A program made the position numbers and the translations under genes. 64,000 nt of DNA from Desulfatiglandales bacterium. Lineage in GTDB: Bacteria; Desulfobacterota; DSM-4660; Desulfatiglandales; Desulfatiglandaceae. The notes beneath the pieces are model-generated. The model searched no databases and was not told the DNA's origin. It saw nothing but the letters and a program-made list of their open reading frames with translations. The DNA lies in assembly GCA_963662465.1 (NCBI GenBank), contig OY759599.1, positions 2,016,001 to 2,080,000 on the forward strand, written 5' to 3'. Below are positions 1 through 10,068 of this stretch, piece after piece (position 1 is the stretch's first letter; each line of letters opens with the position of its first letter).

Positions 1-1
1 C

Positions 2-1858
2 ACCTCAGACGGTTTTGTTTTCGAACTTGACTATATCGGCAACAACCAGGCCGCTGTGCAAGTGCTCTCCCCCGACGGATCGGCACAGATCAACACAAGT
101 TTTGTGATCGGGACTGACACTGACGGCGCCTTGAATGTCGACCCGATGGCTGGAATTCATGCGACCGGAAAATTTTCGGACTGTTACATTAACGTCGAAC
201 ACTGCGGCGCTGCGATTACCGACGCAGACGTCCGGGTTAAAATTACCCAAGCAGGGAATTTGACTCCTTCTTGGTTCGGGCCAGCGGCACATGTTACGGG
301 TGGCACTTACTATATTTCATTGCCAACGTCACTACCGGAGTCACTGAATGGCGAATCTCTCCGAAAGGCAGCAGAGGCCATTGCCGCCAAACTTGGCAAT
401 ATCTGCACAGTACTGTCGGCAAAAGGAAACCCAGAACACTATTTAACGTTGATGTGCCCGGCCATCGGCATGGCGTTGACAACATTTACAGGCCCTATCG
501 CCATCATGGTTGGTGCGGCCTGCGCCAAAGTCACTGCTGCCGTCACGGTTTACTGCGCTCTCCTTGGCAATGGGGGCCTCCCCGGAAATTCTAGTCTTGC
601 GGAACAGATACTTAAAGGGTTGCAGGATCCGAGCGTCTTAACCGGTGAAATAACTATCGAGGCAAGCGCTATAGAACCCGGAGCTATTGCCTCTTCTCTT
701 CAAAAGGTGTCGACTACGGTTACAGCTTCCCCCGCCGGCCCTTTTCCGACGATCAATATCTCGGGTGCCGTTAACTCCCGCATCGGAGGTTTCACGATCT
801 CCCCGGCAAGCCCATTAGCGTTAAAACCCTACGAGATCACCACTCAGATCGTTTGTCCTAATCCAGGGGATTCGCTGGCAATCGATGTTGCTAGATTCGA
901 CGATAGGGGAGACCCCTCAGTCGAATATCAATTGGTTGGCATGACACTTCTTGGCGGGACTATAAGTATCACGGGTAAGGTTCCCGGGGGAGGGGGCTTC
1001 GGGGCCGCTATGGACATCGTGACTGCGACGATCACCGACAGTTACGGGGATATTATTGATTCTGGGAGTGCCATAATCACGATCCCCAAGGCGGAGCCCA
1101 TTATTGACGGCATCTCACCAAAGGCGGGCTTGGTGGATACCATGGTTACAATCACGGGCACTAACTTCGGCAAGGAGCCGGGAAGGTTTTATTTTTACAA
1201 TAATATTTCGGCCACAGTGATTTCATGGACTGCCATAGAAATTAAGACAAGAGTTCCGGCAGGCGCTATATCAGGGGATGTAAAAGTATATGACCGCTAT
1301 GGCATTGCTTCAAATGGTGTATATTTTGAGGTAAAATCTTCTACCCCCGGGTGGGATGGCGGGTGCAGCAAAACCCCATGCTCTTCATTATATTTCAAGA
1401 GACCGACAAGTAAAGGCGGACCTCATGGTGATTATTCGTGCCCATATCAGGCTGTGATCAACGCGGAATGCTGGGCGGACATCAACCCATCATCTTCACC
1501 CCGTTCTCTGGATGAGATCTACAAAACATTGCAGGATGACAGCCATAAGCTTACTTCTATTGAAAAAATTCAGATTGGGATTCTCACGGGATGGTTCGGT
1601 GAAAGTGAGTTAACTTATAACAAAGGTTATTATGACGGGGGCTACGTCTCCAGCGGTATATCTTCATATGGCCGCGGCTGGGTAATTAATGAAGAAGGGG
1701 ATTTTGCCGTGCGCCTGATATACAATGTTGGTGGCTACGGTTGTTTCAACAATACCCAGAAAGATTTTATGGAAACTGAGGGCAAAGCTGCAAAAACCGA
1801 GGCCCAGGCCATAATGAAAAGTATCAGGCTATTAGAGAATGGAGATCTTGGCTTTTGA
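2..1858 (+). CDS. Extracellular/surface protein with IPT/TIG (Ig-like) domain, 5'-partial
   Basis: Frame is open from the window edge through the 56..1858 ORF; contains the IPT/TIG-type segment PIIDGISPKAGLVDTMVTITGTNFG...IKTRVPAGAISGDVKV; rich in Thr/Gly/Ser/Cys. Confidence 0.65.
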   Translation, partial: TSDGFVFELDYIGNNQAAVQVLSPDGSAQINTSFVIGTDTDGALNVDPMAGIHATGKFSDCYINVEHCGAAITDADVRVKITQAGNLTPSWFGPAAHVTGGTYYISLPTSLPESLNGESLRKAAEAIAAKLGNICTVLSAKGNPEHYLTLMCPAIGMALTTFTGPIAIMVGAACAKVTAAVTVYCALLGNGGLPGNSSLAEQILKGLQDPSVLTGEITIEASAIEPGAIASSLQKVSTTVTASPAGPFPTINISGAVNSRIGGFTISPASPLALKPYEITTQIVCPNPGDSLAIDVARFDDRGDPSVEYQLVGMTLLGGTISITGKVPGGGGFGAAMDIVTATITDSYGDIIDSGSAIITIPKAEPIIDGISPKAGLVDTMVTITGTNFGKEPGRFYFYNNISATVISWTAIEIKTRVPAGAISGDVKVYDRYGIASNGVYFEVKSSTPGWDGGCSKTPCSSLYFKRPTSKGGPHGDYSCPYQAVINAECWADINPSSSPRSLDEIYKTLQDDSHKLTSIEKIQIGILTGWFGESELTYNKGYYDGGYVSSGISSYGRGWVINEEGDFAVRLIYNVGGYGCFNNTQKDFMETEGKAAKTEAQAIMKSIRLLENGDLGF

Positions 1859-1985
1859 TTCAGACCTCGTGCGGACGCGGCCGCTTTGTATTTGACATGC
1901 CGGTTGATGTCGCCTATGTTTTGACTCTAGAAAAGGGAGTTATTACCATGTCACTCTTTCATCCAGCGTAAGACGGAGGAGAAAA

Positions 1986-3380
1986 ATGAACAGAAGCGAA
2001 ACCCCAGTCCATAAGTTCCACCTGGTCCATACGGGAAAAATAAGATTTAATGGCGATGGTTTCGCATCGATTCGGTGCTGCCTTCATTGGTTACTGATCC
2101 TCATTTTGATGATTGCACTTGCGGCAGGTTGTGATGGAAATGATGGCAGTAACAGCGACGCTACACGTTCGCCCAAACAAAGAATCCCGGACGGCACCAA
2201 ACCTTGTGAACATCCTGAGTATTGGCTATTTTCGCTTGTGTCGGAGAAGTATCCTTTTATGGTTCACTATTGTGACCCAAACGAGGAGGGTATGGCGCGG
2301 GAAGTTATAGCGCATCTTGAGGCCGCCTGGGAGGTTGAAGTGAATGAATGGCAGTATGTTCCCCCGCCTTCCGACGAAGGTCTATGCGGCCCTGACGGCG
2401 CTTTCGACGTTTTTATCTGGGAAGGCCACCGTGCCTGCTGGGTGAATATCGTTTCCGAAGATATCGTTACCCCTTGGGGAGGGCGCGCCAGTTTTATGCT
2501 GCTGGATCCCTGGGGACCCTATGGTGGAGAAATCCTGGGACAGACTGTCGCACATGAATTCAACCATGCCACACAAGCTGCTAATGATTGGCATGAAACC
2601 GCCATCTCCTTCGAAATGACGTCCGTCTATATTGAGCAGTTTTTTGGCCCGGCATGCAGTGACTGCATTGTGGATTTTCAATCCAGACCGGACTGGAGCC
2701 TACTTTGGGATGACAATTACAACACCTGGTACATGTACGGTTCGGCGCTTTATTTTCATTTTATTCGGGACCGCTATTTTGAGAGCAGGGAAGACTTCTT
2801 GCCTCATCTGTGGCTCGAAGTTCGAAATTATCCCGATCTTTGGGTCAATAGTCCCAATCTGGTTGATGGTCTGAACACCATACTTGCGCCTTTGGGTGAA
2901 TCATTCATGGATTCGGTGATTGAATTCGCACGCTGGCGTTATTACACAGGGCCAAGGGATGACGGAAAACATTTCCGTCGTTTGCCAACAGAGTGGTCTC
3001 AGCTTCCATTTTTACCCGAGTCAGGTGTAAGTATGACGTCCCTGCAAGCCATTCCTGGTTTATATAAGATAGAGCCGGCCCCGATGGTTCTTGGCAGTGT
3101 GTATTTGGAGATTGGGCAAACTGATGCCTCACAAACCTCTTTCGAACTTTCGCTGGTGGAACCATTGGATCAGACTGTGGACTGGATTGTACAGGCGGTA
3201 CCGGGGATTTCGGAGGATACAGATGGGAACTTCGTCGACCTCAAAGGGGGGAGTGCCCGCGTTCCCTTTGGCCCGGATGGAACCAGAACCCTGATCATTA
3301 CGTCGCTGCCGCGAGTGCCGTTTGACCCTGATGCTCAGACTGGAAATCGCTGTACGCTGACGGTGCGCCTAGCACACTAA
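1986..3380 (+). CDS. Putative lipoprotein zinc metallopeptidase (HExxH)
   Basis: Hydrophobic stretch plus lipobox LAAG|C; AHEFNHA zinc motif followed by a downstream Glu (FEMTS). True start may be downstream of 1986. Confidence 0.65.
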   Translation: MNRSETPVHKFHLVHTGKIRFNGDGFASIRCCLHWLLILILMIALAAGCDGNDGSNSDATRSPKQRIPDGTKPCEHPEYWLFSLVSEKYPFMVHYCDPNEEGMAREVIAHLEAAWEVEVNEWQYVPPPSDEGLCGPDGAFDVFIWEGHRACWVNIVSEDIVTPWGGRASFMLLDPWGPYGGEILGQTVAHEFNHATQAANDWHETAISFEMTSVYIEQFFGPACSDCIVDFQSRPDWSLLWDDNYNTWYMYGSALYFHFIRDRYFESREDFLPHLWLEVRNYPDLWVNSPNLVDGLNTILAPLGESFMDSVIEFARWRYYTGPRDDGKHFRRLPTEWSQLPFLPESGVSMTSLQAIPGLYKIEPAPMVLGSVYLEIGQTDASQTSFELSLVEPLDQTVDWIVQAVPGISEDTDGNFVDLKGGSARVPFGPDGTRTLIITSLPRVPFDPDAQTGNRCTLTVRLAH

Positions 3381-3475
3381 TCCGGGAGGCATCGATGCGT
3401 TGGGATGCTCTGCTTTCTACTGGAAACTGGTCATGCCTACACTAGTTTTATTTATCAAAATAAAAGGTGCATGCT

Positions 3476-5176
3476 CTATTTCCCTTGCCGGGCCTCATCC
3501 AGCGCTTTAAGGCCCAGCCCCATGGGCTTCAGTATGGCCGCCAGATTGACGACCAGCGCTCCCAGGAAAGACAATGCCATGTAAATCCATTCCACGGAGG
3601 ATATGGGGCGGCCTTTCATTTCAGACATGAACAGAAGGTACACCGGCCCTGCCTCCAGCACCACAACAACGCCGATAAACAGGGCACTCACCATCATGTA
3701 CAACAAACCGCCTAATCCGGTTGCTACCTGTCCGATATTTTCATGGTCAAACTTGGGGTACATGGCCCCGAAACCGATGCCGAGGGACACGATCCCAAAT
3801 ACCATCAAAACAATGGTCCCCGAAGAGAGCAGCATCATGAACCGGGTGGCATCCAGAAAATAATTGGTCACCACGATCAACACGAGTCCCAGAAACAGCA
3901 TGGGGACCAGAAAGAAAAAATATTTGCCCCACAAGTACCGTTTAAGTTTCATGGGGGAGGACCGAATGATCCAGAACGCCTGGCCCTCGGCGCTCACCGC
4001 CGTGTAAACAAAACGGACCCCCACCGCCGCCAGAACAAAACCCGCCAGTCCCATGTTCAAAAACGCCAGTCCATTTTGAAGAAAGTCCAGCGGCAGAGGA
4101 CTTTTATGCAGGGGAAGCACCTTGAAATTGTAAACATAGACCACCACCAGGGCGAAAAGGAGCAGCAACTGGGACCATTGGGTATTATCCCTGAAAAAAA
4201 CCCGGATATCCTTGGCCATCATCATGGACAAATCGGCACGAAACGGTTTTGTAATCCCTCGGATCAACAGGTCAAGCATCCGCCTTCCGCCCATGAGCCT
4301 TTTTTTGGCCTCCTGGGCCTTGGAAAATCCGTCAAAGTAAATAAAACGAGCCGTCCAAATATTAACGACCACCAGGGCCATGGCCATAGACCAGGTGAGG
4401 AATACATGGAAAAGTTCCCCCTCCCCTCCCCGCAATCGCCCCCACAGAATTTCCGTGATCCAATGGGTGGGAAGATAGGGGGAATCCGGGGCTTTGAGGG
4501 CCGACACATACTGCATCACCGATAGCGCGGTTTCCGGATCCACCAGCCTTTCCGGCCTTAGGAATCGAAATAAGAGGTAAAGGCCCACCACCATGAGAAT
4601 AGACAAAAGCAGAATCACATCCCTGGTTCTCTGGGCCGGAAAAATGTGAACCAGGACCATGGTCGCCAAAATCCCCAGACCCGAGGCGATCAGCCCCAGG
4701 GCGGCCATCAGGTGCAGAAGGGAAACGTAGAATCCTGGGCCAGGCGCATACACATAACCATAGGCCCCAAAAATCGGTACGGCAAAAATCAACGCCATCC
4801 AGGAACTGTTCAAAAAAGTGGTAAAGGCCCGTGATACAAAAAGCGTCTCAATGCTCACCGGCGCCGAATGGCAGAATTCCAGGTCCTTGGACAGATAAAG
4901 GGTGGAAAGGGCGGTGATGACATTACTGAAAATGAGCAAGGAGAAAAAAGTCAAAAACACCATGCTGAGGAGTTCTTTCGCCAGAAGATCACCGATCATT
5001 TCAACGGATTGAAAATAGACCAGTACACGGGCGGAAAGTACAAACAGAGTAAGGCCGAAGCCAAGCCCCAGCCCTCCCATAAAAAGCGGTTTTTTGAGCC
5101 CTGCCCCATGGGTCCGGCCGAGCCGGTTCTTAAGACCCAGGAGGCCGGGACTCAACAGAAGAATAAGATGGCGCAT
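3476..5176 (-). CDS. Putative ABC-2 type exporter permease
   Basis: 566 aa with two blocks of multiple TM helices; overlaps the upstream ABC ATPase gene. Confidence 0.8.
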   Translation of the reverse strand: MRHLILLLSPGLLGLKNRLGRTHGAGLKKPLFMGGLGLGFGLTLFVLSARVLVYFQSVEMIGDLLAKELLSMVFLTFFSLLIFSNVITALSTLYLSKDLEFCHSAPVSIETLFVSRAFTTFLNSSWMALIFAVPIFGAYGYVYAPGPGFYVSLLHLMAALGLIASGLGILATMVLVHIFPAQRTRDVILLLSILMVVGLYLLFRFLRPERLVDPETALSVMQYVSALKAPDSPYLPTHWITEILWGRLRGGEGELFHVFLTWSMAMALVVVNIWTARFIYFDGFSKAQEAKKRLMGGRRMLDLLIRGITKPFRADLSMMMAKDIRVFFRDNTQWSQLLLLFALVVVYVYNFKVLPLHKSPLPLDFLQNGLAFLNMGLAGFVLAAVGVRFVYTAVSAEGQAFWIIRSSPMKLKRYLWGKYFFFLVPMLFLGLVLIVVTNYFLDATRFMMLLSSGTIVLMVFGIVSLGIGFGAMYPKFDHENIGQVATGLGGLLYMMVSALFIGVVVVLEAGPVYLLFMSEMKGRPISSVEWIYMALSFLGALVVNLAAILKPMGLGLKALDEARQGK

Positions 5177-5909
5177 GCAACCCTTCTTTCGCTTCGGTCA
5201 ACCTCAAAAAAATCTCTTCCAGATTACCATCCACGCCGGCCTGTTGACGGAGATTTTCAGGGGCGCCTCGGGCAATCAAACGACCCCCCTGAATGATGGC
5301 GATTTCATCGCAGATCTCCTGAGCCACATTCAGGGAATGGGTGGACATGAACAGCGTGGCGCCGTTTGCAACCTGATCCTTGAAAACATTCTTAACCAAC
5401 CTGGCGCCCCGGGGGTCCAACCCCACCATGGGCTCATCCACAATGAGTACTTTCGGTCGATGCACCAAGGCCGCGCACATGACCAGACGTTGTTTCATCC
5501 CGTGGGAATACCCCTCAATCAACTCTTCTCCCCACCGACCCAGGCCGAACAATTCCAGCAATTCTCCGATGCGACGCTCCGGACCGGTTTTGCCCCCAAG
5601 ACCGTAAAGTCCCGCCACAAACCGCAGAAATTCAAGGCCCGTGAGCTTTTCATAGAGAAACGGCCGATCAGGGATAAACCCCACACATTGTTTGGCGGCA
5701 ACGGGGTCTTTGGCCATATCATAGCCGTTGATGATGATCCGGCCGGTCGTGGGCATCAGAACCCCCGCCATCATCTTGATGGTCGTGGTCTTTCCCGCGC
5801 CGTTGGGCCCGAGGAACCCAAAACGGGCCCCCTCTTCTATTGCCAGGTTAATCCCGTCAACGGCGCACAGGGACTTGTATCTCTTGGTCAGATTGATCAA
5901 CTGAATCAT
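5130..5909 (-). CDS. ABC transporter ATP-binding protein
   Basis: Walker A GPNGAGKTT, signature YSHGMKQR, Walker B LIVDEP, H-loop STH; start placed at MIQLINLTK. Confidence 0.92.
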   Translation of the reverse strand: MIQLINLTKRYKSLCAVDGINLAIEEGARFGFLGPNGAGKTTTIKMMAGVLMPTTGRIIINGYDMAKDPVAAKQCVGFIPDRPFLYEKLTGLEFLRFVAGLYGLGGKTGPERRIGELLELFGLGRWGEELIEGYSHGMKQRLVMCAALVHRPKVLIVDEPMVGLDPRGARLVKNVFKDQVANGATLFMSTHSLNVAQEICDEIAIIQGGRLIARGAPENLRQQAGVDGNLEEIFLRLTEAKEGLHAPSYSSVESRPPGS

Positions 5910-7416
5910 AAGCATAATCCACAATATCCAATTGCAGTTTTCCCATCAGGGCCATCAGTTCAGCCTGTTTATCCAATCCCCCATGGACCAGTTTGATATG
6001 CGTCGCATCGGTGGGCATCTGGTTGAGGGTCGCATCCATGGAAATCCAGCGCCCGAGATATGCTTCGGTCCAGGCATGATAAAAGAATCGATGGTCCGTG
6101 TAAACAACCCCCACGCACTCACGGGCGGGAATGCCTTCAGCCCGAAGCAGGGCCGTCAACAACACGGCATGCTCATTGCAGTCGCCCACCCCTGTCTTCA
6201 GGACCGCCAAGGCATCGGGAACGCTGAGAACAGGGCGTTTTTCCACATTTTCGTACACCCAGGCCATGAGCTTCCGAGCGGTCTGCGGCAAATCTTTCCG
6301 GTCCTCCCCTGCAATTTGCCGCGCTTTTTCCATCAGGGCCTTGTCATCGCTTTGAATGTTGATCCCGGGCAAAAGAAAGGGTTTCACATCTTGGGGCATG
6401 CCCGCTTTCGAGGCTTCTGAAAAGGAATCATCAAGACCTTTTTCTTGAGAAACCTCTAACATATCTTGTCTCAACCGTTGCCGCCCTTCGTTCAACACCG
6501 TCTCGTCAAAACCGGTTCCCTGAAACCCCATCACCTTGAGTTTCAAATAGGCGATTTCCCGGGGGCACAAAAGATTTTGCGTTACGGGGATGGCGGCCAT
6601 GGCATAAAAATCAGCCCCTCCGGACCCGTCCACGTTTAATGGCGCACGCTCCCCATCGGAACGGAGAAGGGTCAACCCCATAAAGCCCTCTTCCTTCATC
6701 AGGGCGCCCCCCTCATCCAGCCAGAAGACCAGCGTCTGCCCCCAAACCTTTGTTTCCAGACGGAAAACGGAACATTCCCGGTCGTTTATGGGAATAACCG
6801 TCTTGACGACAACCTGAGTCGCCATTTCCTTGTGGGAGAGCGTGGAGGGGTCAAATATCGTGAAGCGAAACACATCGCCTATGGCAAGAGAACGCCCCTT
6901 GAAGAATTCCGGGATACTTGAACCGATGACCAGTGGACCGGCAAGGGGAATCACATGCGTCCTTTTCCGGTCGCCTTCGCCCACTGCCACCTCCAACCGG
7001 TTTTCTTCCACCTTTCCCGATACGCGAAAATCAACCACGCCGGAACGGATTTTGACCCGAAATTCCTTCAGTGCAAATCCCTTATCCACAACCGCCCGGG
7101 ATGCCATATACATCACACTTGGCTGCCCCATCAGGTTCAACACCAAGACCATTTTTTCCTCAATGAGGCGGTCTTTGCCGAGCGGGCTGACCCGGGTCTC
7201 GGAAAATCCCACTTTTTTCCCCTTGAGATAGATCTCCATCCAATCATGCTGGGAACCTTCCGCGGGTTTTAGTCCCACTGAAACCGGGATGTCCGTGGCC
7301 AGATCATTTTCATGAAAATGCGTCTTACGAATCAACAAAACCACCATCACAATCCAGAATACAACAACACTTGCACCCAGGAAATAAAATAGGTTTCTTT
7401 TGTTGATCAGGGTCAT
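5857..7416 (-). CDS. Membrane-anchored transglutaminase-like protein
   Basis: N-terminal TM helix; Cys-His-Asp triad motifs GDCNEHA, YHAW, MDAT. Confidence 0.85.
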   Translation of the reverse strand: MTLINKRNLFYFLGASVVVFWIVMVVLLIRKTHFHENDLATDIPVSVGLKPAEGSQHDWMEIYLKGKKVGFSETRVSPLGKDRLIEEKMVLVLNLMGQPSVMYMASRAVVDKGFALKEFRVKIRSGVVDFRVSGKVEENRLEVAVGEGDRKRTHVIPLAGPLVIGSSIPEFFKGRSLAIGDVFRFTIFDPSTLSHKEMATQVVVKTVIPINDRECSVFRLETKVWGQTLVFWLDEGGALMKEEGFMGLTLLRSDGERAPLNVDGSGGADFYAMAAIPVTQNLLCPREIAYLKLKVMGFQGTGFDETVLNEGRQRLRQDMLEVSQEKGLDDSFSEASKAGMPQDVKPFLLPGINIQSDDKALMEKARQIAGEDRKDLPQTARKLMAWVYENVEKRPVLSVPDALAVLKTGVGDCNEHAVLLTALLRAEGIPARECVGVVYTDHRFFYHAWTEAYLGRWISMDATLNQMPTDATHIKLVHGGLDKQAELMALMGKLQLDIVDYAYDSVDQSDQEIQVPVRR

Positions 7417-7448
7417 GGATCGGGGTATAAAGCGACGTTCGGGGTTGG

Positions 7449-7549
7449 GTAACCGTTCACGGGGTACAGGAGACAGGGAACAGTTGTCAGGGGGCAGGAT
7501 AAAATTAAGAATCGAACCTGATTTTTCCGCACCCTGACAACTGCACCCT
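7449..7549. repeat. Dispersed intergenic repeat, copy 1 (GTAACCGTTCA-ended family)
   Basis: Reverse complement (AGGGTGCAGTTGTCAGGGTGCGGAAAAA...TTTTATCCTGCCCCCT...GTGAACGGTTAC) matches 62660-62726; has an internal inverted repeat CAGTTGTCAGGG/CCCTGACAACTG. Confidence 0.75.
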
Positions 7550-7551
7550 TC

Positions 7552-8049
7552 CTACATCTTGTATTTTCCAAAATCATCAGGATCGAGATTCTCAAGGATT
7601 TTCTGCCACCTTTTTCCTCTTTCAGTCTTATCCTGGGCCTCGGCTTTCAAATCAATCTGGGTAGACCGATTAATAACGTCTTCCGAGACAAAAATGGGCG
7701 CATCCAATCTGAGTGAAAGAGCGATGGCATCACTGGGCCGTGCGTCGATAGACATTTCCTTGCCGTTGAACACGAAATTAATGCGGGCATAATATGTATT
7801 GTCTTTAAGATCGCAGACCTCAATCTTACTGACCTTGATGTCTACCAGATCCATCATATTTTTCAGCAGGTCATGGGTCATGGGTCTGGAAAACTTAATG
7901 CCTTCCAGTTCACTGGCAATGGCAGTGGCCTCCAGCAATCCGATCCATATGGGAAGCGTTCCGTTCCCATCGATTTCTCTTAGGATAACGATCGGGCTAT
8001 TGGTGATGGGATCAACAGTTAACCCGGATATGACCATAGGCGTATACAT
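7552..8049 (-). CDS. Bifunctional nuclease family protein (DUF151)
   Basis: LPIWIG..EA, RPMTHDL and DARPSDAIALSL motifs. Confidence 0.92.
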   Translation of the reverse strand: MYTPMVISGLTVDPITNSPIVILREIDGNGTLPIWIGLLEATAIASELEGIKFSRPMTHDLLKNMMDLVDIKVSKIEVCDLKDNTYYARINFVFNGKEMSIDARPSDAIALSLRLDAPIFVSEDVINRSTQIDLKAEAQDKTERGKRWQKILENLDPDDFGKYKM

Positions 8050-8100
8050 GATTTCCCCCAGGAATTCTCAGCTTCAGTACAATGGCATCTTTGAGGGCTA

Positions 8101-8128
8101 TTTTTAACCATACAATTGCTTTTGTCAA
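8101..8128 (-). promoter_or_regulatory. Candidate sigma70 promoter of the DUF151 operon
   Basis: TTGACA-16 nt-TAAAAA on the minus strand, ~50 nt upstream of the DUF151 start. Confidence 0.35.
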
Positions 8129-8147
8129 CAACCACTGTCCATAATCC

Positions 8148-10068
8148 CACGGTAAATTTGTTCTAACAGGTATCACGCTTGGGGCACTGAATTTTTGGTC
8201 ATCTTGAGATAGTCGAAGACACCCCTTACGTTCTGCGTGAGCTGGCGCATTTTCTGGGCTACACTGCGAACGCCTTTCGCCTTAATGACGCCCACCGCGA
8301 ATCTACGCAGCCTGGTCATGTTTTCAGGACCATTGCCGGTTCTTATTCGGCTTCGATCTTCGTCGTAGTTCCAGTCGATGATGTAATGGCACTCGTTTTC
8401 AATGCTCCAGTGACCGCGATTGATAGAAAGTACACGTTCGGGATTCGCCTGATCAGGTGATTGACTCGTTATGCCGTAAGCAACCTCAACTGTGCATTTA
8501 CCGGTTTTCTTGTTTGTAACTTCTCTCTGGATCATAAAAGCCTGGCCGACATACGGGAAATCCAGGTATAGGTTAAGTTCGGTAGTCGTCCATATTTTGC
8601 GCACTTCGATGCGACCATGATCGGGAGCATCGTGTTGTATGAAATCAGGATCGTTGCAGCCCTCAAAATACAGGGAAATGTCTTGAAGTAATGTGGGCTG
8701 GTTGTTTTTGGCGATGAAATGGTAATGGGCGTTGCGTTGCTCGACCAAATATTTAGCAAAAGTCCTTTGGGTTAGCAGTGCGTCAGCTGAAATGACTTTG
8801 CCTTCGATATCGATCGCGTCCAGTAAAGGGGCAGCCGTTTTGATTTCATTGGTTCGCTTGAGTTCGTCTTTGCCTTCTACAGGGAGAGAACCGACTTTTT
8901 TTGGGTGTAACAGGTCTTAGTTTGATGGCCGACAGCACTCATGATGTGAGTCTGATAACCTTGTTCATCGATGGCATTACACATGGTTTTTCCATCGATG
9001 GCCAAGCTTTCGTCCTGTTCACCGTAAAGCAGATTCCAACGCTGGAGAGCTTTGTCGAGTTCTGTGGGGTCAACGCGAACCAGAACATCACGGATAGTAG
9101 ACTGACTGGGAGCTACATAGCGCTTATTTTCATATCGGCAACGGAAACGCTCAAGGGCTTTTTGTCCAAGACCATTTACCCAATCGGATATCGCCAGATA
9201 ACCGCGCATTCCGCACAGTGTTGCGGCGGTGGCAATGGCCAGAACAGTGGAGAGCCTGTGACGTCGTCCCTGGGATCGACGCGGGTCGGGAATTTGAGCA
9301 AAAAAGTCGGGTAGAGATTTCATATGTTCCGCACTGAGCATGATTTTGTAACCTCCTGTAAGATATGGTTTTTTGAGAACAGGTCGGGATAACAGTGCTT
9401 GAACATTGGAAACCAATGGTTTAAGAAAAACCATTTTCGGTGAATCCGCTTTATCGCTGTAGCCTTGGCGAGTTCGATGAAAACCCTTTGTTTTACCAAC
9501 ATATATCCAATTAGACGCTCGATATACGGTTCCGTGGAATTGCTTTGGGTCCACAAAGGTTTCCAGGAGTACAACCGGATGCCCGAAACGCTCCTGCCAA
9601 TCAGCCTGCATTCGCTTCCGACATAATGAAAGGATACGGGATGCGAGATTCGGAATATGCCATTCGGGCAAAATTAGAAAACGACTGTTATTGGTTACCA
9701 GTTTCAGTCGATCGTATTGATGGCGAAAATTCCATCCGATCCAGCTGTCCCTTGGTGTACATTTCAAAGCGGGAGCAGAAAAACTGACAAGCGCAATCCA
9801 CTCACTATTTAGTCTAGCTGTATACCAGAGGGTTTCGCTGATCTTGGGAAGAGCGCCCAAATAATGATGCGACTGCATCAGATGCTGAAAGCGTTGTTCT
9901 TCAAGCGGGCGGACTATTTGAATGCGGACTTGCTTAACGTTCAAGAATTTAAACCCCGAATTGGTTTGGTGCCTGTCACAGTATATACACCATCCGAGGG
10001 TTTCTGTCCATAATGTAGCGCAACTTTTATATTTTATTTGGATAATTCGGAAGAATAAATTCACCCTG
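8148..10068 (-). mobile_element. Complete ISAs1-family insertion sequence carrying a DUF4338 domain
   Basis: 16-bp terminal inverted repeats (8148-8163 CACGGTAAATTTGTTC; 10053-10068 rc CAGGGTGAATTTATTC, 13/16 identical); exact 10-bp flanking duplication TCCATAATCC (8138-8147 and 10069-10078). Confidence 0.92.
8173..9944 (-). CDS. DUF4338-ISAs1 DDE transposase fusion, two frames joined by a -1 frameshift at 8895-8901
   Basis: Frame A: HHYLG, NNSRFLILP, ETFVD and GTVYRASNW (DUF4338), then IPDPRR..GRRH and AIDGKT. The -1 frame continues TNEIKTA...VISADALLTQ...HWSIEN...YDED. The junction is CAA AAA AAG. Likely TTG start at 9944. Confidence 0.85.
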
